Below, one piece after another: positions 39,668 through 53,750 of a DNA stretch of 64,000 nt. The stretch comes from Vicugna vicugna (Eukaryota). The stretch's first letter is position 1. Each line of letters opens with the position of its first letter. Under the pieces are notes generated by a model. It saw nothing but the letters and a program-made list of their open reading frames with translations. It was not told where the DNA came from and did not search any database. The position numbers were made by a program, and so were the translations under genes. The stretch covers positions 11,740,184-11,804,183 of the forward strand of contig MU058844.1 in the NCBI GenBank assembly GCA_013265495.1, in the 5' to 3' direction.

Positions 39668-40984
39668 TTTTCCAATAATTCAAAATAGGTGTGGATGTGC
39701 TAACAGAATCAATAGCTAACAGCTCTAGACTAGCTGACATAAAAGATCCCCACAATATAGACTAACCAAACTCAGTCAAATAATTTCTATTTATGGCTCA
39801 CAGGCTAACAGAATGCAGATGTCAAGGGTGAGATAATAGAGTCCCCCAAAGAAAACAGCTTTGTACGAAAACTTGTTCAAGGAAGGGTCACAAAGTGGTG
39901 TTTGACGTATCTCATTTCAGAAGAGCTCTAATAATTGCAGCAAGGGGGAATCTCTAGGATCCAGAAAGAAGAGGAAAATATCACAACTGACCATTCCACA
40001 TCAAAGGTCAGAATATTATTCTTTACGTATACGTTCAAGTGCTAATGCTGGATTTTGATTAAGTCAATCTAAACTTTATATAGTTTGTTGATCTTCCTGC
40101 TAGAAAACAGTGCTGCTGACCATGTGCAGGTGAATGAAAGTGTTTCTAAATTCCATTCTATGTTTTCCATCTTTAAGAATAGACACCATCGATTAAAGGG
40201 ATCCATTTAGTCACAGCCTTTGGATACAAAAAGTCATTGGATGAGTGAGGGTCTAACAGAACTCACTCTAGGTAATTTACATAAGAAGAATTTCATTTGT
40301 GGACATCGACTGAAATGATAAGGCAGCCATGAAGACAAATAGAGAATGTTTAATCCAGATTTTAACAAGAACATGAAGCTATGATCACCTCTACAGCAAG
40401 AGGGAAAAAGCATGTGGTACTGCCAAATTCTAGAAGCTAGACTGAAGTGATGGGAGCTACAAGCGACAAGAAATGAGAGCACAGAACAGGAGACACTCAC
40501 TGCATAAAATGCCAACCTACCTTCCAAAAGTGTTCACAGATTTAAATATATTTCGTACAACAGAAAAAAGATACTGGGTAAATTTTGTACGTTAGACTTT
40601 TGTTGAAATGTTCACTAAAATCTATGGATAACTTGCCTTCCTCCTATTTCAAACTGATGCCTAAGAGCATTTACTCTGTTTCCAATACAATCTTAATATC
40701 TTCTGTCCCTCTCCTGGTAGGATTCATCACTCCTTTTTCTTTGCTCTGGTACCTTTTAGTTGAAGGAAATGGACTCCCACAAGGTGCAACCAGAAATGAG
40801 CCTTAGTCTTTCCCTTCAAAACAGTTTTCTGGATTTTTTTCTTTCCTCTTCACTGAATGAGATATTGGACCAGTCATACATATTTTCCAAAGATTTTCAA
40901 ATAATAAATAGCCCCTTAGTTTCAGCATTCAAACAAATAACTGGTGCAATTTACGTATCATGTAAGTCCAGTCCAGCTTGGGGG

Positions 40985-41375
40985 CATTGTATTCACGGAT
41001 CCTTTTGCTCATAATGCTCTTCTATCAACAAATCATTCACATAATCATGTTTGTTCACTTAAACATTTCATTCATGTCTCTGCTCAAATCACCATCTCAG
41101 AGAGACCTTCCTTAAATTCATTGATAAAAGACTCTCCCCACATTGCAATTCTGTCACTGCTTAACTCCATATATTGCTTAATTTTCTTTAAGATCTTAGC
41201 ATCACCTGATACCCTATATGTTTGTCTCCCAGTTACCTCCATGCCCTTATTAGAACATAAGTTTCACATCATTCAGCACTGTCTTGTTCATTGTTGTATC
41301 TCCAGTGGCTTGGATCCGGTCCAGCCCATAGAAAGTACTCAATAAATATTGATGGGATAAAATGAATGAATGAGG
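40985..41375 (+). mobile_element. LINE-2 3' end
   Basis: tctgctcaaatcaccatctcagagagaccttcc...gtactcaataaatattgatgggataaaatgaatgaatga (L2 terminal TGAA repeats). Confidence 0.75.
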
Positions 41376-44354
41376 AATGTATGAGGCTACAGAATACACA
41401 GAGCAAATATTTTACCAATTTACTGGAGAAGATAATATTGGAATCAAGTTAACTATTTCTCAGAGATAAAGTGATTACCTTCAAAGAGCATAGGAAATTC
41501 AACGCTTTTGGTCCTGATAAAATTTTGCAGATGTAAAATGGCAAATGTTACCTAAACAGATGTAAAAAATACACTATCTAGCTGAGTTACTTGATTCTGG
41601 CTGGAAGATCTTTACTTTCTTTTAACATGAAGAGACCCAGTGGGAAATCCCTGGCTTGCATGTCTGTTTTTGTCAAACATTCAGCAGTAACTGATAATCT
41701 CTACATCTGTTATTTATTTGACAAATCTCCAGAGGGCCATACAAGTGGAAATTTCAGAGAAGCCCTAAACAAACTCCACAGCTCTATGCAATGCCAGGAA
41801 GAAATTTTAATCATTATATAAATGTTAGGTTTAATTTAGTATACACACAATTGACCACCTACTGATGCATTCTTCTGCATAAAGCATGAAATGTGAAATT
41901 CTGTGTAGCGTCCACTATTGTATTTAAAATTAAAAAAAAAACTACACATTGAAATTAAGCCATGTGACTCTGGGAGGAGGCAAAGTCAAAGAAAATTTGC
42001 AGCTGGTCGGGAAGTAAATCCAGGGTGGAGAAATTTTTGCAGCGCTCAGGAAGAGAGCAGGATTGTAAGGCATGAGGAAAGACATTTAGATTTTGTTATG
42101 GTGTTTTTGAGAATCTGACAGCTGGAATCAAAAAGATGCAACATATCTCTTAAACATACACTGCATAACTCAACTAAATGATCTTCAGAAATTAATGAGC
42201 TGCATTTGGCTTGGATTTTAAAAAGCCATTTAAATGACTTATACTGTAAAATAACATGAATGCCGCAACATATACATTTGGCATAAAATGGAAAACATCA
42301 GATCCTGAAACAAAGACAAAGCACCTACTCGTTTCTTAACCTGGTAACAGGTTTAAGTTTATTGTTTTGAGTTTTAAGCATCTGTTTTCTGAATGAGACC
42401 AGATATCTGAAAATTGCTTTTTACAAACTATTCAACATTCATCTCAGTCCACAACAGACTAGGCAAGACCCAAGACCATGTCACTCCATATTCCTGCAAG
42501 GGAAATAAAAGCAAGATACACAGTTATCCCACAGGGCACCAGCTAACCCTTTGAAGGAATTTAATCCATGCCTGTGATCATAATTTATTTTAATGGAATC
42601 CCCCAAGCAAGAAGTTAGCCTTCAAGCATGATTTTTAGATAAAAGCAAAATCATTTATCTTGCAGTTTCATGACATGGAAACATCTGCAGCAAAACACTA
42701 GAGAGCACCCCTCACTAAGCTATCACAGTAACTGCTCAACTCAGAGGCCAGCTGAAGTACAAGCAGCAGCAATCATCCAGCACCTCCAAAAACATCTCAC
42801 ACCTTCTCACCTGATTAATCGATCATCTGCTCGATGAGTGAATAAACGATTGAGGCTTCTAATAGTAAATCAAAGGCATGCTTTCTTCACATGCCAGTAA
42901 GACCAGTAAGTACTTATCTGCAGAAGAGATTGTTAGAGGATTCTCTCCTGAAACAGTTTAAAAAGTTGGCATAGATACAAAATGTAAAAATTATGGGACG
43001 CATTAACTGACTAAACATCTGCTGAAATTTTCATTCAATTAAAAGCAGAACATCGTAAAACCTCGACTTGGCTTCCTTAAAATGTCATGGCTCAGAGGTG
43101 AAGAGAGGCTTCTGCAATGGAGATGATTAAGACTCACAAAGCAAAAAAAGTCAGCATTCAATCAATCTGTATTCTATTCTAGGCACGGTGCTAAAAGAAG
43201 CCAGGGGAGAAATTCAAGATCCACATCAGACTGAAAAAGAATATGTACAATTGACAGAAAGAAGAAGAGTCATGTAACTAAGAACACACCCTTCAAAAAT
43301 CATCTATAAAAATGTCTGAAGCCCAATAAAATAATTGTGTAACATTTAAATTGCTCATATTTAAAGACAGAACCCAAGTGAGAGAGGATTAAAAACACTC
43401 AAATCCTATTTTGTTTTTCTTCTCTTAAAGCCTCATTCACAGACATATTCCCAGAATTCAGAGTCTAATATTCCAAGATACTACAACCTAAGTTGTATCC
43501 TAACTAGAAAAATGTAACTAACTAAAAAAAATCAATTAAAGTTAATACTGTACATGTAAAACTCTTAGAATAACACCTAGAACGTGGTTAAATACTAGGT
43601 AAGTGTTAACTATGATCATCATCATAATCTTCCTTTTATTATTAAAACACATTAATTTTCTAGTGGTTTACTGAATGGAGCACATGTTACAGGAACTGTT
43701 TAGAGTTTTCTACCTGTACCCCAATCACCACTAGTGACTTGAATGGATATGCATTTGGACTTTCCTTCTATTTCTTCCTTTAGTGTTGCTGACTCTCCTC
43801 TGAGTATAAGAATTGCTGTGTACATAATATATAAAGTAAAAATATATGTGCGCATATGACATCTAACCATGTACACCATATACTGGGGCCGATTATGCTA
43901 TTTTAAGGTTTTTTTCCACTAGTCACATTTTTTTTTCATATTATAAGTGGATTTTGAAATAACATTAAGCAAAAGAGTAATTCAAATGTAACTGGTAACC
44001 TAGAAATGGAAAATACCAAAGGTCACCAAAATAACTGAAGACAGAAGAAAATACAGTAAAAAAAAATTATCTAGCCACTTTAAATACACTTAAGTCTTCA
44101 AGTACACATTGCTGTTTCCCAAAGTTCTTGAAAATACATGTTTAAGAAATATAGATTAATTCAATTTTCAAAACTGGGGAAAATGTGCATTGGTGGCTCA
44201 CTAGCTTAGTGCTGATTTACAGAAAAATTCTAATGTGAATTAGTGAACAAATGATTTATAAGCATTTACACACTAAAAGGTATTTCTAGCAATCAGATTG
44301 TTTACTAGGAACAAATCAATTCAAATTAACACCATATCATTGTAATAGGGTTAC

Positions 44355-44615
44355 TAGACTTTCCTTGGCTTACAGACCCATCACTCTGTTCTCTGTCTCC
44401 ATGATCAGGTGGCATTTTCCCTTTTGTCTGTCCAAATTTCCCTCTTCTCGTAAGGACACCAGACATTGGATTAGGGCCCATCTTAAATCAGTATGATCTC
44501 ATCTTAATTTGATTATATCAGCAAAGACCCCATTTCCAAGTAAGGTCACCTTGGCAGGTATAGTAGGCTAGGACTTCAACAGACATTTTTGGGAGACACA
44601 AGTCAAACCCCAGTA
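44355..44615 (-). mobile_element. MaLR LTR fragment (MLT1A/B/C-like)
   Basis: ttccttggctt...cctcttctcgtaaggacaccagacattggattagggccc...gcaaagaccccatttccaagtaaggtcac...aggacttcaac. Confidence 0.75.
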
Positions 44616-47184
44616 GTACTTCATTCCAGGCAATTTACACTAGCTGCCATAAACTCAGTCAACTAGGCATTATTCCCTTCTAACTGATGAAAAGCAAGCT
44701 TGCTCAGGTTAATTTACTTTTTTGGACGAACACAGCACGTAAGAAGTAGAGTCTCATTTTAAACATGGAACTGCCTGTGTCTCTGAAACTGGAGTATGAA
44801 CATCCTGCAGATACAAAATGTGTGATTGGTGGTGTAAGAACCTTTCTGATTAACATGGTCCATCGTCCATGGAAATCAACTTTATCTAATGATAAGTGAC
44901 TAAAAACATTCATTTTATTTTAAAATCAATATATTTTAATGGAATGTTAAATTCACATAGGGTGTTATAAATAATCTTAGCTTCAAATATATTTCTCAGT
45001 TCTGGAGAACTGATTTTTGGCCAACTCTTCTAAGTACATATTCACTTCATCAATCTGTAGATATTTTTTGAGTTAAATATAATTAGAGAGGCATTGCCAG
45101 ATTGAGAGGTTTTATATATAGAGAGAGGATAGATCATCATTTGCTAGGCTGTTTCAGAAAAAGTCCTGGATGGGATTTGATTCTTTGAATCTAAATTGGT
45201 AATAAGCCAAAATATCATTTACTCTGTTCTTATTAGTTAATATTTTAACAGAAACAAAGAAATAAGATGGAATGAAAATCTTAAAACAATTCTGGCATGA
45301 TGCATCAACAGACATATATTTTTCGGTGGCAAAGTTTCATTCTCTCACTAGTCAACAAGTTGGATACATTTTATGAAAATGTTAGATTCCTTAAGGAGAT
45401 TCTAGAACTTCCAAAGGTTAGTATAAACCCCCTGTTTCTAGTTTTCTTTCACCATGAAGTCTTGAGGCACTTGATCAGTTTTCTCATCAGGATGCTCTTT
45501 GCTCTCTCCCCACACACTGGTACTTAGTTACTCCACAGCTGGTGTTGGGTTGAAATGACACAGTGCTGCCCTAGGGGTCCTCATTCATGCGTGCACTTAT
45601 TCATTCTTCCATACTTTCAGAATCTCCTTATGATGCTGGTACTATCTGCTAGGCACTGTGCTCTAGGCTGATAGAAGTATAAAAGGTGGCTATTCAATTC
45701 TATCCCAGATATGGGAGTTCTGGGAGTTTTTCCTCTGCTCTTTTATTATCTCCACTGATTAGCATCCATACTACCTCAGTATCTAGCCAGCTCGTGCTCT
45801 CGCTCTCTTCTCTCCCTGGCCCTTCATGGTTTACCCTACTGTTCCCACATTTTTAAATCTCTTAGCTTTCAAGAAAAATGGCTTTGGGGGCACCTCACAG
45901 CCTACTGATGAGCTCTAGGGGGCACTGCATAAATACAGGTAGGAGGGCACAGCCTGTTGGAGGCTTTTAGCTCTGTTCTTCCCCTGATGTCATCTGTTTG
46001 GGGTGCCCCGGGCTTTCTTTGTCATCAATTTCAGGTGCAGAGTGACTTGATGGAACTATAGTTTCTCAGATACGAGGACTTCATGCTTGTTGTAACCAGA
46101 TCCTAGAAAGCTGCTGAAGTTCACAGCAAAATACTTAAAGATAAAGGCAAGAGAGAGATTTTAGATTATGATACCTTATTAGCAATATATTAAATTTATG
46201 AATACTCCAATTCTCTTAAACATAAGATACTGTCTTTAATCGAACTCCCTATGGGGTATAGTTTAAGTGCTTTAATAGTCAAATAGTGCTATTCTGAATA
46301 AAAAAATAGTAGGAACATAGTAAATATGTCTCAGAAATGACAATACTGAAAACATTTAAATGATAGCTTAAATATAGTGATTTATCATAGTTCCTGACAG
46401 TATTCATACCATCAGGGCAAATATAAACTAAACACATTTTTAGACATTCAATTTTGTGTTTAAAGCCAAATGGTGAAACATTTTTTAAAAAATGTACCTT
46501 GTAACTGGAGACTCTGAGGCTAATTCAATCCTTTCAATAGAGTCTGATAGTTATAAAGATTCAAGAGATTGTTCCACAAGACATAGAGCATTCATGAAAA
46601 ATTATTTATATAAGAAAACTGTAAAATAAATTCTCCATTTCCATTGAGTCATATTAGATGACAGGCAATCCAGTCAAAAGGTGACTGAACTTCAGGCCAG
46701 TAGCTAACTTTAAAAGGCAAACATACTTTCTACTTGCTTATCTTCCAATAAAGAACTGGTTCTACTTAAACGAGGACGAACAAGCTGGTCTGCCTTTCCT
46801 TCCGTGACAACAAGCACTATCCCATAGTACCACAAGCTCTTCAAAGCATTTTCTTCTCTTTTTACAGAATCTGAGTTGGAATCTCATGTGTTCCTGGCTC
46901 TTCTCTGTGACTCAGCCTTGTTCAGGGTGGAATGGAGTCATTATCTGGCTGGAAACAGGCCTCTCTAAGTTGCATCAATGTTTTAGCAAGATCAAGAAAG
47001 GAAAATGTCCCTAAAGAAAAAATCTCACTTACATATGTTCAGATGCATTTACTGATTTTTATTTCCTGTTTTAAAGTTTATGCCATTTTTAATGATCAGA
47101 GAGTTGTAAAACCCTATACCTACAAAAAATAAAATAAATTTAAAAATTATATATATATATATATATACACACATATATATATAT

Positions 47185-47321
47185 GGCAGAGCGGAGGGCA
47201 TAGTGCAGTGGTAGGGTGCATGCTTAGCATGCACTGGGTTCTGGATTCAATCCCCAGTACTTTCATCAAAAATAAATAAATAAACCCAATTCCCTCTCCC
47301 CCTGCAAAAAAAAAAAAACCT
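47185..47321 (+). mobile_element. Vic-1-like SINE, full length
   Basis: GGAGGGCATAGTGCAGTGGTAGGGTGCATGCTTAGCATGCACTGGGTTCTGGATTCAATCCCCAGTAC followed by (AAAT)n, a C-rich linker and poly(A); flanked by AT microsatellite-like repeats. Confidence 0.88.
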
Positions 47322-47384
47322 AAAATTAAATATATGCATATATATAATTCTACACCTACAAATATAATTCTGAGAATAAAGGGA

Positions 47385-47620
47385 GCCACATTTTTGAGCA
47401 CTGGCTACATACTAGGACCTATATTAAGGGCTTTATATCGAATATCTAGTTTAATCCTCACAACAAAACTATAAGGCAAATATTATTAGCCCCATTTCAC
47501 TGATAAGAAGACTGAGGCTGAGAGAAATTAAGTAGCCTGAGCAGCGTCAAACGTTAAATGCAAGAGTCATGATTTGGATCTAGTCTGCTTATTTCCACCT
47601 CTATGTTCTTCTCCCTTAAC
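47385..47620 (-). mobile_element. MIR SINE
   Basis: tttaatcctcacaac...cccatttcactgataagaagactgaggctgagagaaattaagtagcctg. Confidence 0.75.
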
Positions 47621-50600
47621 TATGTATGGTTTATTTTGACTTACAAATTCTTTAAATACAAACGATTCAATCTATTTTCATAGGGAGGAATAAAGTGCTG
47701 TTATTATACAGAAGGAGGAATCTGATCTATAAATTATGCAAAGAAGAAAAAAAATCTCTGAGAACGGTACACTGAATGCTTCTCTGAAATACTGTATATA
47801 GTAAAGCAGTGGAAAAATTCATCTATTAATCAAGGTCTTTTAACTGCATCTAAGCCACTTATCAAAGCAAAGCACGCATTTTTATGATGAATATTATTTT
47901 CAGAAAAAATAGTGAAAAATCCAAACATTACTATAAAATGAAATTGATATGATCATCAAAAACAGTTTACACACCAGAAGCTAGAGATTAACAAGGATAT
48001 ATTCTTTTTAAATTGCATTTTCTCCCTTTCAAAAATATTTGTATCATTGTTTCTTTTTCTTTTAACAAGCACATTTATGCACATTTTGGTAAGTGATGCC
48101 CATTTGGAAACAGTTTTACAGTTCTAAAATAAACAAATAAATGAAAGACTTCCAAACTTTTCAGTGAAGCATAATATACTTAGCCCATATGAAGTCACAA
48201 ACAATATGTCAGCTTCAATACTTTCTAGAAGCACATGTTGTTGGTTTTATATTATATTTACAATATGGAGACTTTAATATTTATGTATATTTTTCAATAT
48301 GTAATTAGTAGTGTATGTGGAAATAAGCAATTCTGAGTACAAGTTATTCAGACTATCCTGCTGACAAATAAATATACAATTTGTGATTGTTACTTGTGAT
48401 TGTACAAGACTTCATTATGTTTTAAAAAAGAATGGAATATAAGAAAACAAGCTGAAAACCACTGCTAACCATCATTCTACAGTTTCTATGCAGAGTGCTT
48501 TATTTTTAGCTTTCCAGAATATGATGGAAGAAAATATGTGGCAATCATTGTGTTTAACACACAGGCCACTAACTTCATTTAGCAACTCACACGGTGAAAG
48601 AAGAGTTTACATACATCCACACCTACTTACAAGTTTGTGACATGCATGTAATGTTATTGAGATAAGAAATATTGCAGTCAGTTAATGTTTATTGGGATTA
48701 TTCACTTGCCTAGTATCATGTCCATATCCAATATTTTGGATATTATTAGCTATCTCATAGGTGCTTACAGTCTTAGGAGATGGTGCTCGAGTCTGAGATT
48801 TCTTAACTGAAAAATTCACGAGTTATATAGAATTCTTGAGAGGGCTTATATAACAAATGAATAAAAAAGAACTGAGTATCACATGAAAATATACAGTAGA
48901 CCTAAGAAGTGATTTGTATCACTATATACCACAAAAGAAAAACCAGGAGAGGTCTGCCGTGCATGGGAAAAGTTTCACAGAAGAGATGGGATTGACTTAG
49001 ATCTTGACACCTGAAAGGGCTCCCAACAGCTCTCACCTGGTGGCCACTAGCCACACCAACCAACGCTCACCCTGTAGAAGCACAAGGAGGAAAGGGTCTC
49101 TACGTAAATGACTGCCATTCTCAGAGACTCAGGCTGGGAATAATGACACGTTCCTTATATGAATTCTCATGTCTTGAACTCAGGCTTTCATGCATTCTGT
49201 TCCTTCTGACTTGAAGGTCCTTTTTCCCTTCGCGGTACATATTTCAAATCCCATCTTCTCAGGGAGGATTTTCACGTCTACTGAGCCCACCTTCTCCACC
49301 CCTCCCCCTCCTCTGCTCTCTAATCAGTTATCGTGACTGTGACCCATCCACCCCAAAATCTAAAATCTGAATTCCAATCTGAAGTCCAGCTTTCTGGATC
49401 CTTTGCAATTTGATTTTCAGCCACCCTCTTCTCTTACATCATGAGACTCTAGCACGGACACGACAGTTGATTGACATGTGTAGAGACAAACTATCAAAGG
49501 GATCCTAAAACAGGATGCCTAATTTGGAGCATTCCCCTCTCTTCCCCACTCCTCCTCCCCTCTTTGTGTTTTACATGCCTGCTTTTTGCTCCTTCGTTCT
49601 TCTCTCAGGAGGGTAAACTGGCTTTCTCTACTCTGCAGGTCCATGGCAAAAGCAGGTCTGATGTTTTTAAACTAATAAATCCAGTGTCTAAAACTGATTA
49701 CACTCATGGTTCACTATTTCCAGGGAGAAGAAACAGAACTGGCATTGCTTAGATTAAAAATCCACCCTTTATTTAATCAGAAGGGACTAGAAGGGGCAAG
49801 GTCCCAAAGTATGCTGCCTACTCAGGAGACGGTGGGAAGAGTACTCAGAGAAGTGAAGGAAGTTCTAGGTACCTATGACCCGATTACTCCAATGTTCAAC
49901 ACCAAAAGTTTCCATCATGATCAACACACAGAAGTTAATCACTATGCTAAGTTTTGTGCTAGTATTTTTATGCATCGGGTCAGCCACAGTTAATATAGCT
50001 TTTATTAAACAAAAAATAATTACTATTGCTGTAAGAGACCAATATATTACTTCTAGATTCTGAGTTACATAATGGTAAATTCAAAAAGTTTCCACAAATA
50101 AGAAATACATTAAATTCGGAGACAAAGTCCAGTGGAATTTAAATATATAATTGAAAACTGAAAAGATAAATGTAAAATGAAAATATAAATTTAATGTATT
50201 TGAAAGTAAATGTGAATAAGGGAAAAAAATGAAAGCAGTTATGGCACCAAACTTCCATCTCCTTGGACAAATCACTCAAAGTTCTCTTGGTTTTTGCCAT
50301 CCCATCATTTGATTTATGCATTTTGAAGGTCTTGCTACTTTAGAAGCTACATGATACTTTCCTTCATACAAGTACAGTATTTAAGGTAATAATCTTAAAT
50401 CTGAAGAGAATTCCTTTCAGACAAAATGATCCACTGAAGATGTAAAGAAATGCAAGGCAAAGAAAACCATGTTTTCCATTTGCATAAAACCAGTAAAAAA
50501 TACAAGTAGATACATTTGGGTTTTTTTCCCCCCGAAGTAATTTTTAGAGCTTATAATATATCAAGCCATTTTGAATCTGAATATTGAGTTTCCAGGTGGT

Positions 50601-52479
50601 GTTTAAAAAAATCACCAAATCCCTGAAGAGATAGAAAGTATTTCATTATGCCAAAAGGTGAGGTTTTAATGAAATAATTTCAACTATATTCAAAAGCACT
50701 TAGAGATCAGGGGGATAGCATATTGACTTTGCTATCACTGAGCAGTAAGTGTGAGAATAACTTATTCCTTGATTTATGCATTAGCACCTTTTACACATAC
50801 ACATTTCAGATCTTTCTAGCATCTTTTTAAAAATAAAGTACCTGCTCAAATTAACACAACCATATGGCATGACCAGCACAGCAGGAAAACAAACACCAAC
50901 ACTTGTGCAGATAAAGTGCAGAAGGAAAATTAGAGTAGACAGAAGTATAAGGAAATAGTCATGAAAACAACTTTTGGTCCTAAGCCCAAAACAAGGACAG
51001 AATTCAGAGAATCTGGCAGTAGTTCTAAAGTAAATTTAATAACTGCCTTTCTATTCACTGTTGGCTTGGTTTTTCATGACCACCTACCTTTTGGGATGAT
51101 CTTTAGCTCATTTTTCATAGGCCCAGTTGCATTGGGGCTGTCTGCATACATAAAAACAACACAGTGGTTTGTTCAATCAAATAGTTGGTCAGCCAATCAC
51201 ACTTCTGGTATAGTGGGACTGACCAATTCACGCAGTGAGTGAGATCAATCTAAAAACCAATTTCAGGTATAGCAGCATCTTAATTAGAGATTATTAAATA
51301 GGGGAGATAATTCAAAGAAATTCCACAATCAATAATGTATCTAGATAAGGCGTCAGGAGATAGTTTTTAAAAACAACATATAAAAACTAAAATGTAACTC
51401 CAGAAATAAAAAAAAAAGAATAGAAATCACTTGTTTCAGAGAGAGAAATACAAGTAAAGACAATTATGAGGAAATCATTTACTACATCTCTTCTTCCATA
51501 AGCATGCTATGTATACTCATACAGTGGACAATGATCGCTAAACCCAGATGGCACTTCTATGTCCCACTCAGAAAGACATTACTGGATAATTTCAGAGCCA
51601 CATCTTCAAACAAGCCCAGAGACCCCAAACAGAAATGAAAGAAGAGAGGCTTCCTCTCTAAGGAGCTAGGATAGCTCAGCTGAGACTGGTAGAAAAGATG
51701 GCAACAACTCAGTCTGAAGATGAAGCAGAGAAGAGGGCTATATCTGAAACAGTAACTGATGGTTAATTCAGAGAACGAGAGAAAGAAGAACTAAGGCAAA
51801 AACAGTCCAGATCTGAGGAGTGATGCAGAGCGAGAAATTTCTAGGTAAGCTTCATTTTCCACATTCAACGCAGGTGGACTTTATAATTGCTGACATAACC
51901 TGAGAAAAATTTCCTTCATGTTCAGAATCTGTGCCTTCTCTTGCCCTCAAGATGACTATGCCCTAAGAGTTAAGGACAGCATATTAAACAAGATCAAATA
52001 AATTAAGCAATAAAATGGCGAAGTTCTCCCTCCATAAAGAAGCAAAGAAGCAGACACCAGGACCAACCTTCTGGGAAGAATTTAATGTGATTCCAATGTA
52101 CAAGAAATTCTAGAACAATAAATCCATTCCTTCTCTTGAGAAGTCTATTTAGCAGGTTTGGAGGTTAAGGAAAGAAAAGTGTTAAGATTTCAAGAAGACA
52201 GCCAAAGAAAAGGAGGGCAATTTGTACATAGCAGAGGAAACGTTAGAACAAACAGAAGGAAAAGAGACATAAGAAACAGAAGTTGACTTACGAGTATTTT
52301 GTAGCTAGTGAATCAACAGTTTATTTTGAAAAAAAGACAAACTTTAAAAATTCAAACATGTAAAATATGCTTCATTGTATAATCCAGATATCATTTAAAT
52401 TTTAGACTATACTCTTCACTGCTCCAAAACTCACATGACGTCTTCAGGAATAATCAGTTTGTATGTCTCCTCAAGAAGC

Positions 52480-53750
52480 CCTGGACAGATTATGCTGCTC
52501 CCCAAGAATCTCATCCTTATAAAACTCTGTCCATTGCATTTTATGACCCCATCTTCCAACCTCCCTGTACACTGTCTTTGTCAAGTTCAATAATGACTTC
52601 TGGATGTTAAATTCACAGGCCTTTTTTTTTGTTGTTGTTCTTATGCACATGACATACCAGTGGCATTTGATGGAGTTGATCATTCTCTTCTCCCTGAACC
52701 CCTTCGTCATGTGGCTTCCAGGACACCACATCCTCTAGGTTTTCCTCTGGCCTCCCTGACTGCTCCTGCTTGATCTCCACATTTTTTTTTTCTGCGTGTC
52801 CCTTTTCTGCGTGTCCCTGGCCCTTAAACATTGATGTTCCACCAGTGTCAGTAAACCTCTTCTCTTCTCAATTTACACTCTTTTCTTTGGAGATTTCATC
52901 AAGATTCATGACTTTAGATACTACCTGTATATTATTAACTCCAAAGTTATTAACTACAGTTATCATCTCTTCCCCTATTCCAGAAACATAAATTCAACTT
53001 CCAACCTACTATCTCTCCTTGGATATCCAAACAGCATCTTGTAATGGTTAATTTTGTGTCAACCTAACATGGCCACAAGATCCCCAGATTTCTAGTAAAA
53101 CATTATTTCTGAGTGTGAGTGTGAAGGTGTTTCAAAGAGATTAGCATTTGAATTGATGAACGGAGTCAACTAGATGGCCCTCCCCAATGTGAGTGGTCAA
53201 CATCCAAGCCATGGAGGGCCTGAATGGAATGAAAAGGCAGAGGAAGGTTGAACTGGTTACCTGCCTGATTGCTTGATCTTCTCCTGCCCTTAGCACTCCT
53301 GGTTCTCAGGCCTTCAGACCTGGACTTGAATCTACACTATCAGCTCTCTGATTCTCAGGCCTTTGACTACACTACTAGATTTCCTGGATCTCCAGCTTTA
53401 GACAGCAGATAGTGGAGTTCTTCAGCCTCCAGAATATTGTCAGCAAATACCTTAGAATAAATAATAAATCTCTACTTATATTATATATAAAATATATACA
53501 TATATATATATATAATATTCTATTTCTCTGAAGAATCCTAGTATACATCTCAAACTTAACATTTCAAAAATTGACTGTTTTGATACCTATCTCACCCAAA
53601 CTGGCTCCTCCTGCATTCTTCCCCATCTCATTTCCCAGCAATTTTATCCTTCCAACTGGTCGTTCTAAACTCTCAGAGGTGTCTTTGACTTCCCTCATCC
53701 ATTTATAGTCTATATATGATTTGTCAGCAAGTTCTGATGACTTTACACTT
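52480..53750 (+). mobile_element. LINE-2 fragment split by the MLT2 LTR
   Basis: ctttgtcaagttcaataatgacttc...gtggcttccaggacaccacatcctct...catctcaaacttaacatttcaaaa. Confidence 0.7.
53040..53547 (+). mobile_element. Solo LTR, MLT2-family (ERVL), inserted in an L2
   Basis: Starts tgtaatggttaattttgtgtcaac, contains gagattagcatttgaatt and AATAAA, ends gaatcctagtataca. 5-bp TSD catct; the L2 sequence rejoins across it (aacagcatct|caaacttaac). Confidence 0.85.

Noticed and set aside
52787..52817. 15-bp tandem duplication ttttctgcgtgtccc x2
   Set aside because: Simple local slippage duplication inside an L2 remnant; no sign of function.
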